A program made the translations under genes and the position numbers. The notes beneath the pieces were generated by a model. The model did not search any database, was not told the origin of the DNA, and was given only the letters and a program-made list of their open reading frames with translations. DNA of 64,000 nt from an uncultured virus (IMG/VR IMGVR_UViG_3300037067_020960). Taxonomy: Duplodnaviria > Heunggongvirae > Uroviricota > Caudoviricetes. Location: the IMG/VR virus record IMGVR_UViG_3300037067_020960; one strand, written 5' to 3'. This document shows, in pieces, positions 10,153 to 19,225 of the stretch. Position 1 is the stretch's first letter; every line of letters begins with the position of its first letter.

Positions 10153-10372
10153 GGGATTTGAACACTTTCCCAAATACGTTTACATTTATTCGTAAGAATT
10201 CCCTTCCATATTAAAATTTTAAAAGAGTTTATCTCGCCTTCGACTTCGTATCCACACAAACTGTTAGCATATTTAATTACATCTTCTTTTGCTGTAAGAA
10301 CATTTTTCGAACGAAATCCTCATGATAATCATCATCGCCATTCACTTTAAGAGCTACTGAATAAGTATTCAT
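10149..10372 (-). pseudogene. Small hypothetical gene interrupted by one frameshift in an A run
   Basis: MNTYSVALKVNGDDDYHEDFVRK continues in another frame as NVLTAKEDVIKYANSLCGYEVEG...VQIP*; ATGA-coupled to the upstream gene. Confidence 0.45.
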
Positions 10373-11106
10373 TTATTCAACACATCCCAAAACTTCTGTG
10401 AAAAAGAAACATGAGTCTGATCCTTTAATTCAACGAATAATGGAGCAATTTCTTCCGGAATAAATCCAGCATATCCACATCCAATTTCAGTTACAAGAAA
10501 TTTCTTTTTAGGATTATTTTTTGCAAATTTCACAAATTCATCAACATAGACCTTTATTTGATCGATTGTCAATGAATTCCTTATTGTGGTATCTTTGGTA
10601 GGAATTGCGTATGAATCGCCTTGCATTCCTACTCCCTGACCATAAATGGCTCCAAAACTCATCGCCTGTTTTGCTGCTCCGGCCAAATGTTTTCCTGATT
10701 CGTTTGAACCAAATACAAATATTTCATCAGGATTTAAAAATAATGTTGGATCAATTGTTACTCTTGAATCTGCATTCATTTGCTGATTTCCTTGCACTCT
10801 GACTACCGGAGTCGTTATTACGATTTGAGGATTTGTGATTACGTGGGATGTTGTAAATGAATCAGTTTCCCACAAAAGTTTTCCTTTACCCGAATTAATT
10901 GTTCCATCTCTTTTTACCACACCAATTTTAGCTTTGTGGAGTTGAAGATGAGTGCATTTAGTTCCTTCCTTCAAAATTAATCCAGAAACGAATCTTAATG
11001 CATCTTTTTGAATTGTCAGATCATCTTTCGCTCCGAAGATTTTGGTTAATTCTTGCGGAGGATCTTGATCTTTTTCCAATGTCACCGTTACATAATAGTT
11101 CTTCAT
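10369..11106 (-). CDS. Macrodomain-like phage protein (A1S_2505-type) with an N-terminal extra domain
   Basis: EIFVFGSNESGKHLAGAA...GAIYGQGVGMQGDSYAIPTK...FLVTEIGCGYAG. Confidence 0.7.
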   Translation of the reverse strand: MKNYYVTVTLEKDQDPPQELTKIFGAKDDLTIQKDALRFVSGLILKEGTKCTHLQLHKAKIGVVKRDGTINSGKGKLLWETDSFTTSHVITNPQIVITTPVVRVQGNQQMNADSRVTIDPTLFLNPDEIFVFGSNESGKHLAGAAKQAMSFGAIYGQGVGMQGDSYAIPTKDTTIRNSLTIDQIKVYVDEFVKFAKNNPKKKFLVTEIGCGYAGFIPEEIAPLFVELKDQTHVSFSQKFWDVLNK

Positions 11107-11139
11107 TGTTATTCTCCTTTAATATTTGTTTTCTTTTAT

Positions 11140-11325
11140 TTACTCATTCCATCCCAAAATCAAATCGCAAATTCTGGTTCTTGCTGCTGTATAATTTTTA
11201 TAATCTTCCCAATTATTATCACAATGATAAACCACAAAAACATAATCATCATCTGAAAAACTTTTTACAATGCCTTTCTCTTTTTTATTATGCGAAACAT
11301 AAGTAACTTTATCACCACACTTCAT
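11140..11325 (-). CDS. Small hypothetical phage protein
   Basis: 61 aa; GGAGG RBS; ATGA overlap; SH3-like GDKVTY...GIVK pattern. Confidence 0.65.
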   Translation of the reverse strand: MKCGDKVTYVSHNKKEKGIVKSFSDDDYVFVVYHCDNNWEDYKNYTAARTRICDLILGWNE

Positions 11326-12071
11326 ATAACGCCTCCAATACTACTTGTTCTAAAATATCTTGAAAAATTGGTAACTTTCCAATCTTGACTAAAACGAATC
11401 CTGCGACCTCGGAATCGTTTGCTATCAGAACCCAAGAAATCGATAGCATTACCACCAGCTAAGTATGCTCCTACACATAAATCAACAGCTTCACTATTTG
11501 TTCTTACAGGTAGTAATTCTATATGATCAAAACCATATCGTTTTGCTGAATTTTTCAAGGAACTCACAAGTGCATGCACATTTCGCTTACAAACTACTAA
11601 CAGATTGTAATGTATTCTACCACTCTGTTGAGGTTCGAGAATCACTATGTAATCATCGAACAACGACCTTATAACATTGGTTGAATAACTATTGAATCTA
11701 CGTTGACTTTCTTTCCAATCAACGACATTAGTAAATTGCAGATCGTCTATAAAAGTAAATGTAAGAAATTTGAGATGTTCTAAAGTATATTTTTTTAATA
11801 GTTGTTCTACGTTCAGCCTAATTGATACTATTTGTTTTTTAATATGATTTTTTTTTAACTTGTCTTTATCTGGTGATACGTTGTAAGTTATGTTCCTTCT
11901 GCTACGTTCATATGCTCTTCCTGCTTCGAAAGTAGCATTAAATATTTGACATACCCGATCAACGAATACTTCTTTCAGAATATCACATTTGGCGTATTCT
12001 TTTGACAATCTTATAATTTCTGCAGTTTCTTCCTGGGAATCCCATTTAATATCTTCAATTATTCTACCCAT
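11322..12071 (-). CDS. Degenerate rolling-circle (HUH) replication-initiator-like protein
   Basis: FLTFTF (motif 1); YIVILEPQQSGRIHYNLLV (motif 2, HYN instead of HxH); LCVGAYL where YxxKY is expected. Confidence 0.6.
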   Translation of the reverse strand: MGRIIEDIKWDSQEETAEIIRLSKEYAKCDILKEVFVDRVCQIFNATFEAGRAYERSRRNITYNVSPDKDKLKKNHIKKQIVSIRLNVEQLLKKYTLEHLKFLTFTFIDDLQFTNVVDWKESQRRFNSYSTNVIRSLFDDYIVILEPQQSGRIHYNLLVVCKRNVHALVSSLKNSAKRYGFDHIELLPVRTNSEAVDLCVGAYLAGGNAIDFLGSDSKRFRGRRIRFSQDWKVTNFSRYFRTSSIGGVI

Positions 12072-12195
12072 AACTTCATCTCCTTTTCAGCATCAAACTC
12101 TGAAAAACCCATATCCATCCTTGTATCAAGCAAATTTCTTATGACATTCATCGCATTCATCAAAAACATCTTTTGACAAATATCTGATAAACTTT

Positions 12196-12765
12196 TCATA
12201 AAACATTTTTTGAATAATAATTTTTAAAATATATACCATCTTTTTTAATGAAATCATTTTTTAGCAAAATATGAAGAACATTTGTAATAGCATTAGGAGA
12301 AACTTTTGATCCTGGAAGATTCTTTTTTATCCATTTGCAAATTATATTTTTATCAAATGTGGCTTCTCCAGGTAAAACATCCTTCGAATTATCAATTGAT
12401 TCAATGGCTTTAATTACATCCTCTTTTAAAGATTTCGCATTTAGAACAATTTTTTCATTCTTAAATTTATTGATAATATCATTATAAGTTTTATTATGGC
12501 TTAATGTTTTCCTTGATACGCCTAAAATTTCAGCAATCTTTCCAATTTTTCCATTTGCTTTATCATATGCTTGTCTAAGGGATTCTTCATTGATTATTTT
12601 CTTTTTGGGAACATCTTTTATTTTAGGCGATTTAGGAGGTTGTGTATGTGTTGTATTTATCCATAATTTATTTAATATTTGTTTATTCTTTAAATAAATG
12701 TCTTTTGCTTTTTTGAATTCTTGTTCTATCTCAGCAAATAATTTAAGATAATCAGAAATTTCCAT
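12196..12765 (-). CDS. HTH DNA-binding protein
   Basis: ANGKIGKIAEILGVSRKTL (Fis-like HTH); possible C-terminal winged helix. Confidence 0.6.
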   Translation of the reverse strand: MEISDYLKLFAEIEQEFKKAKDIYLKNKQILNKLWINTTHTQPPKSPKIKDVPKKKIINEESLRQAYDKANGKIGKIAEILGVSRKTLSHNKTYNDIINKFKNEKIVLNAKSLKEDVIKAIESIDNSKDVLPGEATFDKNIICKWIKKNLPGSKVSPNAITNVLHILLKNDFIKKDGIYFKNYYSKNVL

Positions 12766-12833
12766 AAATCTCCTAAAAAGTAAGATGGTTTATTTGTAAT
12801 AAAAATTTTTTATTACATCTTCCACAATCGCCT

Positions 12834-12880
12834 ACAACACTGAAGTAGATCGTTCTCCAAAAGATCTACTTCAGTGTTGT
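12834..12880. repeat. Perfect 18-bp inverted repeat with an 11-nt loop
   Basis: ACAACACTGAAGTAGATC (12834-12851) / GATCTACTTCAGTGTTGT (12863-12880). Confidence 0.95.
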
Positions 12881-13117
12881 TTTCATAACCGCATTCAGGA
12901 CATTTCCACAACAAATTGAACAATGTCTGATAACTTGAGCAACAGGTTTCTTTTCCTCTTCAATTTTATCCGCAACTAATTTTTTGATCTTAACAATGGA
13001 ATCTTTTACCTGTTGTTCAGAAATCCCTAATTCGTTTAATTCTTTTATGATTTCTTTATGAGATAAATTCATTATACGAACAAATTCTTTTTTATCATTT
13101 TCAGTTAATTCTTCCAT
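12866..13117 (-). CDS. Hypothetical protein
   Basis: MEELTENDKKEF...; start uncertain; the 3' end runs into the inverted repeat. Confidence 0.5.
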   Translation of the reverse strand: MEELTENDKKEFVRIMNLSHKEIIKELNELGISEQQVKDSIVKIKKLVADKIEEEKKPVAQVIRHCSICCGNVLNAVMKTTLK

Positions 13118-13240
13118 TTTATTTCCCAGATTCGACACAATTGGTGTAATTGGTAAAGAACACATGCAAGTTCCACAAACATTTTCTCTTCCACACTTTA
13201 AACATTTTAACCCAATCTTTACTCATAAAATCTCCATTTT

Positions 13241-13528
13241 TTATTCTGCTATTATCAAAATTCTTTTTTCTTCTGGTATCATATTAATTATTTCTTCCAT
13301 GGTAGGAGCTTGTTTTTCTCCTAAAAGTTCTTGTTTTAATCCATCAAAATTCTCCCCAAATTCATAAGTATGAATAGGGCGATTCAAAGTCTTTTCCATA
13401 GCCTCATGGAAAACATCAAATGGTATACAAAGTAATGGTTCAAACATTTGAAACATTGCTATTTCTTTATGTGACATTGTTTCCCAAAATTTTGATTCAC
13501 CCAATTTTATGGCTTGTTTTTTATTCAT
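13241..13528 (-). CDS. Hypothetical phage protein
   Basis: 95 aa; AGGAG RBS; coupled to the PARP gene. Confidence 0.7.
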   Translation of the reverse strand: MNKKQAIKLGESKFWETMSHKEIAMFQMFEPLLCIPFDVFHEAMEKTLNRPIHTYEFGENFDGLKQELLGEKQAPTMEEIINMIPEEKRILIIAE

Positions 13529-13529
13529 T

Positions 13530-14741
13530 TTATGCTCCTATCTCAACGAGATATTTGACTGTACATTGATTCTGTTTATAAACGATGAACTCATTATTCC
13601 TCAGATCAGATCCACCTTTTGCGAATAATGAATCGTATTGACCCTTCTTTGAAAATGAATCATAGGTCAAACTTGGCATCCATGATTCATGACGATCAAC
13701 TCGCAATTCCATTCCGGTGTTTGCATCAAACAACGCCATAAATCCTTGACGAGAATTACCCCTTGCCCAATAACTTCCGGAAAGTGACGTATACCCCATA
13801 GATTTACTACATTTATCGGCGAAATAAATCCCGTATCCAAACATTTTTCCAGTGATGATGGCGTTCGTAGGTCTTAAGACCAGTCCGGTCTGTAATATGT
13901 TAAGCCAATTCTCATTACGAGAACCGTGCCACAGCAACTTTTTCCAAGGCTTAAAGGACTTGCCTAACTGATCCTCGAAAACACGCTGAGTGCTCTTGTT
14001 CGTGATCCTATAGGCGTTCCTGTATTTGCTAACGTCCGCTCCCATAAGAGTTCTGATTTCATCAATCTCTTTTGAATCCTTGATGATTTCAATTTTGATC
14101 CCAAGAGCATCTTCCAAAGTAGAAGTTTCACCTTCGGTTGAAGCATTTGAAGCCGTACTAACTTGCTGAGCCATAACGTCAAGAACCTGCTGTTCATTAT
14201 CAATTATTTCTCTTGCTCTCGTGAGATCTAATTCTGATAACAAGAAATCTTGCACTTTTTTCATTTTTCTTGGAATTGTAATATAAAGTTCACGAAATAA
14301 TTCATTGATCACTTGAGCGGTAGCTGATCTTTTATTCTGAATCAGATCTGTAACTTGGTTTAATACTTCCTGAGCTCGGTCAACTTGAGCTTTAGTTACA
14401 CTTTCGGATGAGACCGTATAGTTGTCCACAATGGATTGTTTTGAATAAGATTGAAGAGTGCTTAATAACTTAGAAATTATAGGATTCGTGAGTTCTTTAT
14501 ATTGAACTGTTTTCACATCTGCACGGAGAGCAGTAACATCTTTATAGATATAACCATCTCTTTCAGTAGTTTTCTTACGATAAGTTTTATCCCAATCTTT
14601 CATGGGGTAAACTTTTGAAGATTCATGACCACCAACTCTTCCCCATCTTGCGGTGAAAGTGCCATCAGCATTTTCTTGCATCCGATAATATTTGTTGTTG
14701 TTAATTTCAGTGCCGACGCATACCAGTTCAACATTTTTCAT
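13530..14741 (-). CDS. WGR-domain ADP-ribosyltransferase (PARP-like)
   Basis: NNNKYY...WGRVG (WGR); ELYITIPR helical domain; LLWHGS, TGKMFGYGIYFAD, KSMGY, NNEFIVY (H-Y-E triad). Confidence 0.92.
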   Translation of the reverse strand: MKNVELVCVGTEINNNKYYRMQENADGTFTARWGRVGGHESSKVYPMKDWDKTYRKKTTERDGYIYKDVTALRADVKTVQYKELTNPIISKLLSTLQSYSKQSIVDNYTVSSESVTKAQVDRAQEVLNQVTDLIQNKRSATAQVINELFRELYITIPRKMKKVQDFLLSELDLTRAREIIDNEQQVLDVMAQQVSTASNASTEGETSTLEDALGIKIEIIKDSKEIDEIRTLMGADVSKYRNAYRITNKSTQRVFEDQLGKSFKPWKKLLWHGSRNENWLNILQTGLVLRPTNAIITGKMFGYGIYFADKCSKSMGYTSLSGSYWARGNSRQGFMALFDANTGMELRVDRHESWMPSLTYDSFSKKGQYDSLFAKGGSDLRNNEFIVYKQNQCTVKYLVEIGA

Positions 14742-14783
14742 CTAAATTCTCCTATTTTCAATTCTAAATTTCCTTACAAAATA

Positions 14784-14812
14784 AGAATAGAGAATATTAC
14801 TCAGGATGTAAA
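14784..14812 (-). promoter_or_regulatory. Sigma70-type promoter upstream of PARP
   Basis: TTTACA-N17-TATTCT. Confidence 0.6.
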
Positions 14813-15528
14813 GAAGAAATTAATGGTGATGTCATCTTTTGATCTAAAACATTTTCTTTGAATATTGATATTGCATCATCTAAATTCATAATATCTTGAT
14901 CTCTGATAGATTTTAACTCTTTTCTGCCTTTTTCAGCACTCTTCAAATGTTTATAACCAATTTTAACAGCTCGTATGAAATTTTTCTTTTTAATTCCATT
15001 TTCAATTTCAACAGATTTTGCTGCATCTTTTTTAATTGTATTTGCCGTAGCACAAATTTCACCTTGAAGAGTCATACAGTGATTTACGAGTTTTTGGAGA
15101 ATTTCTTTTCTGCTTAATTTTCTATCAAAATCTTCATGAAAAAGATTATTCCAAAGTTCAAAAAGTTTTTCATCAATATTAATTTCTTCTGATTCCAATT
15201 TTTCTTTTTGAAGTGATATTGTAAGCCCATATTTTCTAGTGAATTCTTCGAATTCATGATTTAATCCAAGATAATCTAAATACACAACTGTATCACGAAC
15301 TTGGTGCATTAATGTATCTAATCTTGCAGGACTATTTTCAGAAGGATATACTCCGGCTTTATAATAAAGCATGTTTTTAATATTGAAAAATACTTTCATT
15401 TTATCTTTGAAAAAATTTTCAAAAATTAATCCGGCATCTTTCATTTCTTTCCATAACACTTCATTTAATTCATATCTTGTCTGTGCTGATTCATCAACTT
15501 GTTTTTTATAGCTTTCTATATTTTTCAT
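14797..15528 (-). CDS. Hypothetical protein (C-terminus weakly resembles T4 DsbA/GapR-type DNA binders)
   Basis: 243 aa; AAGGAG RBS. Confidence 0.55.
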   Translation of the reverse strand: MKNIESYKKQVDESAQTRYELNEVLWKEMKDAGLIFENFFKDKMKVFFNIKNMLYYKAGVYPSENSPARLDTLMHQVRDTVVYLDYLGLNHEFEEFTRKYGLTISLQKEKLESEEINIDEKLFELWNNLFHEDFDRKLSRKEILQKLVNHCMTLQGEICATANTIKKDAAKSVEIENGIKKKNFIRAVKIGYKHLKSAEKGRKELKSIRDQDIMNLDDAISIFKENVLDQKMTSPLISSLHPE

Positions 15529-15566
15529 ATCATCTCCTTATTTTAATTCGTATTATCCCATATAAT

Positions 15567-15640
15567 ATGGTGAAGCTGGTAGATTCGGTCTTAATTGCAA
15601 GAGGAACTTAATCCCTATCCCTCCTCTACCCCTTCACCGT
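15567..15640 (-). ncRNA. Candidate structured 5' leader or small RNA
   Basis: GC-rich island; nested stems GGTGAAG/CTTCACC and GGTAGA/TCTACC; begins right after the promoter at 15648-15676. Confidence 0.45.
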
Positions 15641-15647
15641 GAGACTG

Positions 15648-15676
15648 TATATACCGCAAAAACCTATTATTGTAAA
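15648..15676 (-). promoter_or_regulatory. Promoter (TTTACA-N17-TATATA with CGG extension)
   Basis: Minus strand TTTACAataataggtttttgCGGTATATA. Confidence 0.6.
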
Positions 15677-15701
15677 GGTTTTTCTGGATTAAAATTATTC
15701 T

Positions 15702-16484
15702 ATGAAAAAAGAATCTCTTCTTTACACAATAAAATCTTTATCAGAAGATCTTAAAAAAGTTCATCATTATTGGCTAGATTGGGAAGAATATAAACAACTT
15801 CCTCAAAATCAATTCAATTTAATTTTAAAAGAACTTGTAAACATTATCAAAGATACTGAACAAACTGAGAAAGAAGTTGTGAATATCACAGTGCCTTATC
15901 TTGATAAAGCATCTACATATTTGAAAAGATATTTTATTCATAAACCAAGAGAAATTGAAGATTTAGATGTTTCAATTTTTTTATTAAAAGAAGAACAGGA
16001 AAGTTTATTAAAAATCTTAAGAAAGATAGACACCAGTGAAAAATTTGTTCGCGGAAAAAAATTCTATTTTAAAAAAATTTTATTCTTCGATAAATTCGGA
16101 CTAACTGAACACGATTGGCAAGATGTCGCAAAAGGTATTATTACAGCAATCATGCATTTTCCTATGCCTATGAAACCATTTCTTTTAGGTACTGATTTTG
16201 TGTTAATCGAAAAAGTTAAAAATATTATAGCTTATGATAAATTGCATAAACTCGTACAAGTAGGTATGGATGAAGCCATTAATATGGCAGGTCATTTTGA
16301 TAGATTATTTGTTCGTGGTTTTCTTTTAAAATTCTGGTTTGAAGATTTTGCTAATAAAAATAAATGGTTAAATGAATCTGATTCAAATGATGTTGATAAA
16401 TTTCTTGGTATTATGATGCCTTGGATTTGTAATGGTATTAAAAATAAAGCTGTCATGGAAATAATTAAATTTTTTCCAGTATAA
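15702..16484 (+). CDS. Hypothetical protein (probably leaderless)
   Basis: 260 aa; TTAAAATT-N5-ATG; no RBS. Confidence 0.7.
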   Translation: MKKESLLYTIKSLSEDLKKVHHYWLDWEEYKQLPQNQFNLILKELVNIIKDTEQTEKEVVNITVPYLDKASTYLKRYFIHKPREIEDLDVSIFLLKEEQESLLKILRKIDTSEKFVRGKKFYFKKILFFDKFGLTEHDWQDVAKGIITAIMHFPMPMKPFLLGTDFVLIEKVKNIIAYDKLHKLVQVGMDEAINMAGHFDRLFVRGFLLKFWFEDFANKNKWLNESDSNDVDKFLGIMMPWICNGIKNKAVMEIIKFFPV

Positions 16485-16568
16485 TCTATCGAATTTGTAT
16501 TTTTAATCTCAAATCAAACATGATTTAGAATTATCGTAATTATCTACAAATTTTTTAAAGGAATTTTT

Positions 16569-17063
16569 ATGAAAAATCTTAAATTAGTATTAGTATTTGT
16601 TATGTTGTTTGCAAATGGATGTGTGTTTAAGAAAAACCATTCAAATTCAAATTCAGAAGGCAGTTCAATTGCCTTATACAATTATCCATTGGATAAATTT
16701 ATAGAACCTAAAACCGATGAACTCAAACTTATTCTTAAAGATTTTCATTTTGATTACAATAGTAGCAAGATAAATAATAATCAAAAACCACTCTTAACAT
16801 CGATTGCAAATTGGTTAAAAGAAACAACTGGAACTCTTCATATTCTCATAGAAGGTCATTGTGACGAAAGAGGAAATAACGAATATAATTTAGTATTAGG
16901 AGAACAAAGAGCACTCGCCATAAGACATTTTTTAATAAATGCAGGTATTGATGATATAAGAATTCAAACAATATCTTACGGAGAAGAAAGATCAATAAAT
17001 TTAGACCATAATGAAACAGCATGGAAGAAAAATAGAAGAGGTCACTTTTTAATTGCCGGATAA
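16569..17063 (+). CDS. pal: Peptidoglycan-associated lipoprotein (Pal/OmpA C-terminal family)
   Basis: Lipobox LFANG|C; FDYNSS, IEGHCDERG..EYN..LGEQRA, ISYGEE, KNRR. Confidence 0.88.
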   Translation: MKNLKLVLVFVMLFANGCVFKKNHSNSNSEGSSIALYNYPLDKFIEPKTDELKLILKDFHFDYNSSKINNNQKPLLTSIANWLKETTGTLHILIEGHCDERGNNEYNLVLGEQRALAIRHFLINAGIDDIRIQTISYGEERSINLDHNETAWKKNRRGHFLIAG

Positions 17064-17065
17064 AA

Positions 17066-18985
17066 TTAAAACATTTTCTTTAATTCATCTTCTGAAATAA
17101 TTGGAATGTTTAATTTTTTAGCTTTATCTAATTTTGATCCGGGATTATCTCCAACAATTAAATAATTTAATTCTTTATTAACACCAGAAGCTATAATTCC
17201 ACCTTTAGATTTAATTAAATTTTCTACATCTTTTCTTTTCATACTTAAAGTTCCTGTGATAAGAAACGACTTACCAGATAATTTTCCAATTATTTTTTCT
17301 TGCTTTTTTAAAGTTAATCCTTTAGATAAAAGAAATTCACAAACGGGTTTCCATACTGGGAGTTCTTCAACAATATTTTGAGCAATCGTTTCACCGATTC
17401 CCTGAATTCTTGTGAGATCTTCTTTTCTTAAAGAAAAAATTTGATCAAATTCGTAATTCTCTAAAATGGTTTCGCAAGTTTTTACTCCGCAATTTGAAAT
17501 TCCAAAAGCGGAAAATAATTGCGCAGCAGTTGCTCCTAAAGTTTTTTTGATTTGATTTACAATCGTAGTAATAGATTTTTCTCCCATCCCTGCAACTGTT
17601 TTTGCCTTATTAGAATCAAATACGTAAGCATCATAGATTTTCTTAAATCCTAACTTTCTAATTGTAGGCAGCGACATTTCTTCAACACCAAGTGATCTTA
17701 AAAAATGTTCAATACGTTTTTCATTCTGAGCTTCACAATCATCACTCAAGCACCAGAGATCAACACCCTTTCTAATCAAGGTTGATCCGCAACTTGGGCA
17801 TTTTGAAGGAAGATCAACTTTTGGAATTCTTAATCCGGCATGAATAACTTCCTGGATATACGGGATGACATCTCCAGAACGCACGATTTTTACTTGAACT
17901 CCCGGATACACTCCATTTTTTTCAATGTATTCAGCATTGAATCCGGCAGCATTTCTGATTTCAGCACCCTGTAAATCAACTGGATCTACATTAACAAGCG
18001 GGACAATTTTTCCAGTACGACTTACATTCCAAACAACTTTTTCCACAGTGGTGATTTTTCCAGAAGCATTGCATTTAAAAGCTATTTTGTTTTTTGGATA
18101 AGGAACATCTTCACGCTGGCAATTATTGTCTGCAATAACAAAACCGTCCATATCATAATCAATTGTATCCTTTTTATTTTTTAAGAAATCTTCCATTTCG
18201 TCCACAAATTTCTTAAAGGGAATTTTTATAGTTTTACCATTCAATGAAAATTTTTCCTCCACATCAGAAATAATCACATGAGCCCATTTCGGAGTAGGAA
18301 AACCAAGTTCTTGAAGTTTTTCAAATCTTTCTTTTTCAGTTTTTAAAATCCAAGGACTTTCAATAATTTCGTAGAACTTAACAACCATATCTTCGGTTCC
18401 AGAATATGCATCATTTTTTAAAAGTCCAACAATTCCATTTCGGCGATTTTTATATTCATACTTTTTGTAAGAATCTCCAACCATTGTAATTTCGCCACGA
18501 ATGCAAATTTTTTTAAATGTTTTAACTTTTATACCACGACAAAATACTTTGGCTTTATGAGTTATTTCCGAACCAATTTTTCCATCACCCCTTGTAGCAG
18601 CCATTTTAACTTCACCATCTTGAAATTCTGCATAAAAAGATAACCCATCAAGTTTTTCAGAAATAACAAATTCTTTTCTTCCTTTGAACCAACTGAGATC
18701 AGAAGAATAAGTTTTATTAAGACTTCCAAGAAGATATGGTAGTTTTATATCTTGTTGTTTAACTTTTGATCCCACTTCGTTATAAACTGCTAAATCTGGC
18801 CAAATTGTTTTCAAAGAAGTTTCGAGACGATCATATTCTTCGTCTGGAATAACCGGATTTGTTGTTTCATAATAATAATATTTGATTTGACGAAGCGTTT
18901 CATTTGCAACAACCGAACCAACTTCACGTGGTCTCAAAAATAATTCCTTAACCAATAATTGTAATTCTAAATGACTTCTTAACAT
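17066..18985 (-). CDS. ligA: NAD-dependent DNA ligase
   Basis: SEKLDG, TRGDG, RGE, DGFV, IAFK, SRTG, RSGDVIP, C4 Zn finger, HhH, C-terminal BRCT (ITGTL...GSKLDKAKKLNI). Confidence 0.95.
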   Translation of the reverse strand: MLRSHLELQLLVKELFLRPREVGSVVANETLRQIKYYYYETTNPVIPDEEYDRLETSLKTIWPDLAVYNEVGSKVKQQDIKLPYLLGSLNKTYSSDLSWFKGRKEFVISEKLDGLSFYAEFQDGEVKMAATRGDGKIGSEITHKAKVFCRGIKVKTFKKICIRGEITMVGDSYKKYEYKNRRNGIVGLLKNDAYSGTEDMVVKFYEIIESPWILKTEKERFEKLQELGFPTPKWAHVIISDVEEKFSLNGKTIKIPFKKFVDEMEDFLKNKKDTIDYDMDGFVIADNNCQREDVPYPKNKIAFKCNASGKITTVEKVVWNVSRTGKIVPLVNVDPVDLQGAEIRNAAGFNAEYIEKNGVYPGVQVKIVRSGDVIPYIQEVIHAGLRIPKVDLPSKCPSCGSTLIRKGVDLWCLSDDCEAQNEKRIEHFLRSLGVEEMSLPTIRKLGFKKIYDAYVFDSNKAKTVAGMGEKSITTIVNQIKKTLGATAAQLFSAFGISNCGVKTCETILENYEFDQIFSLRKEDLTRIQGIGETIAQNIVEELPVWKPVCEFLLSKGLTLKKQEKIIGKLSGKSFLITGTLSMKRKDVENLIKSKGGIIASGVNKELNYLIVGDNPGSKLDKAKKLNIPIISEDELKKMF

Positions 18986-19005
18986 ATTTTTCTCCTATTA
19001 AGAAT

Positions 19006-19034
19006 AATATAGATGATAATACCGTAAATGTAAA
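19006..19034 (-). promoter_or_regulatory. Promoter upstream of ligA
   Basis: TTTACA-N17-TATATT, with an internal CGGTATTAT. Confidence 0.55.
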
Positions 19035-19036
19035 GC

Positions 19037-19225
19037 TTATTTTTGAATTTTTTCTAATGGATCATATAAATCTTCACAATCTGGATCAAGACAATAAATT
19101 CCTTTTCCTCCAGACATCAATTCAACATCCACATTATGAATCGTTTCCATAGAAATAATTTTTCCTTCATTTCCATCAGAATCCTTAACGGAATCTCCAA
19201 TTTTTAATTCTGAAAAAGTAGTCAT
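19037..19225 (-). CDS. Small hypothetical protein (KOW/SH3-like)
   Basis: 62 aa; LKIGDSV...G.EGKI; ATGA overlap. Confidence 0.65.
   Translation of the reverse strand: MTTFSELKIGDSVKDSDGNEGKIISMETIHNVDVELMSGGKGIYCLDPDCEDLYDPLEKIQK

Noticed and set aside
15568..15638. tRNA or tmRNA (7-bp terminal stem, ends CACCA)
   Set aside because: No D arm, anticodon arm or TTCRA T-loop can be built on either strand
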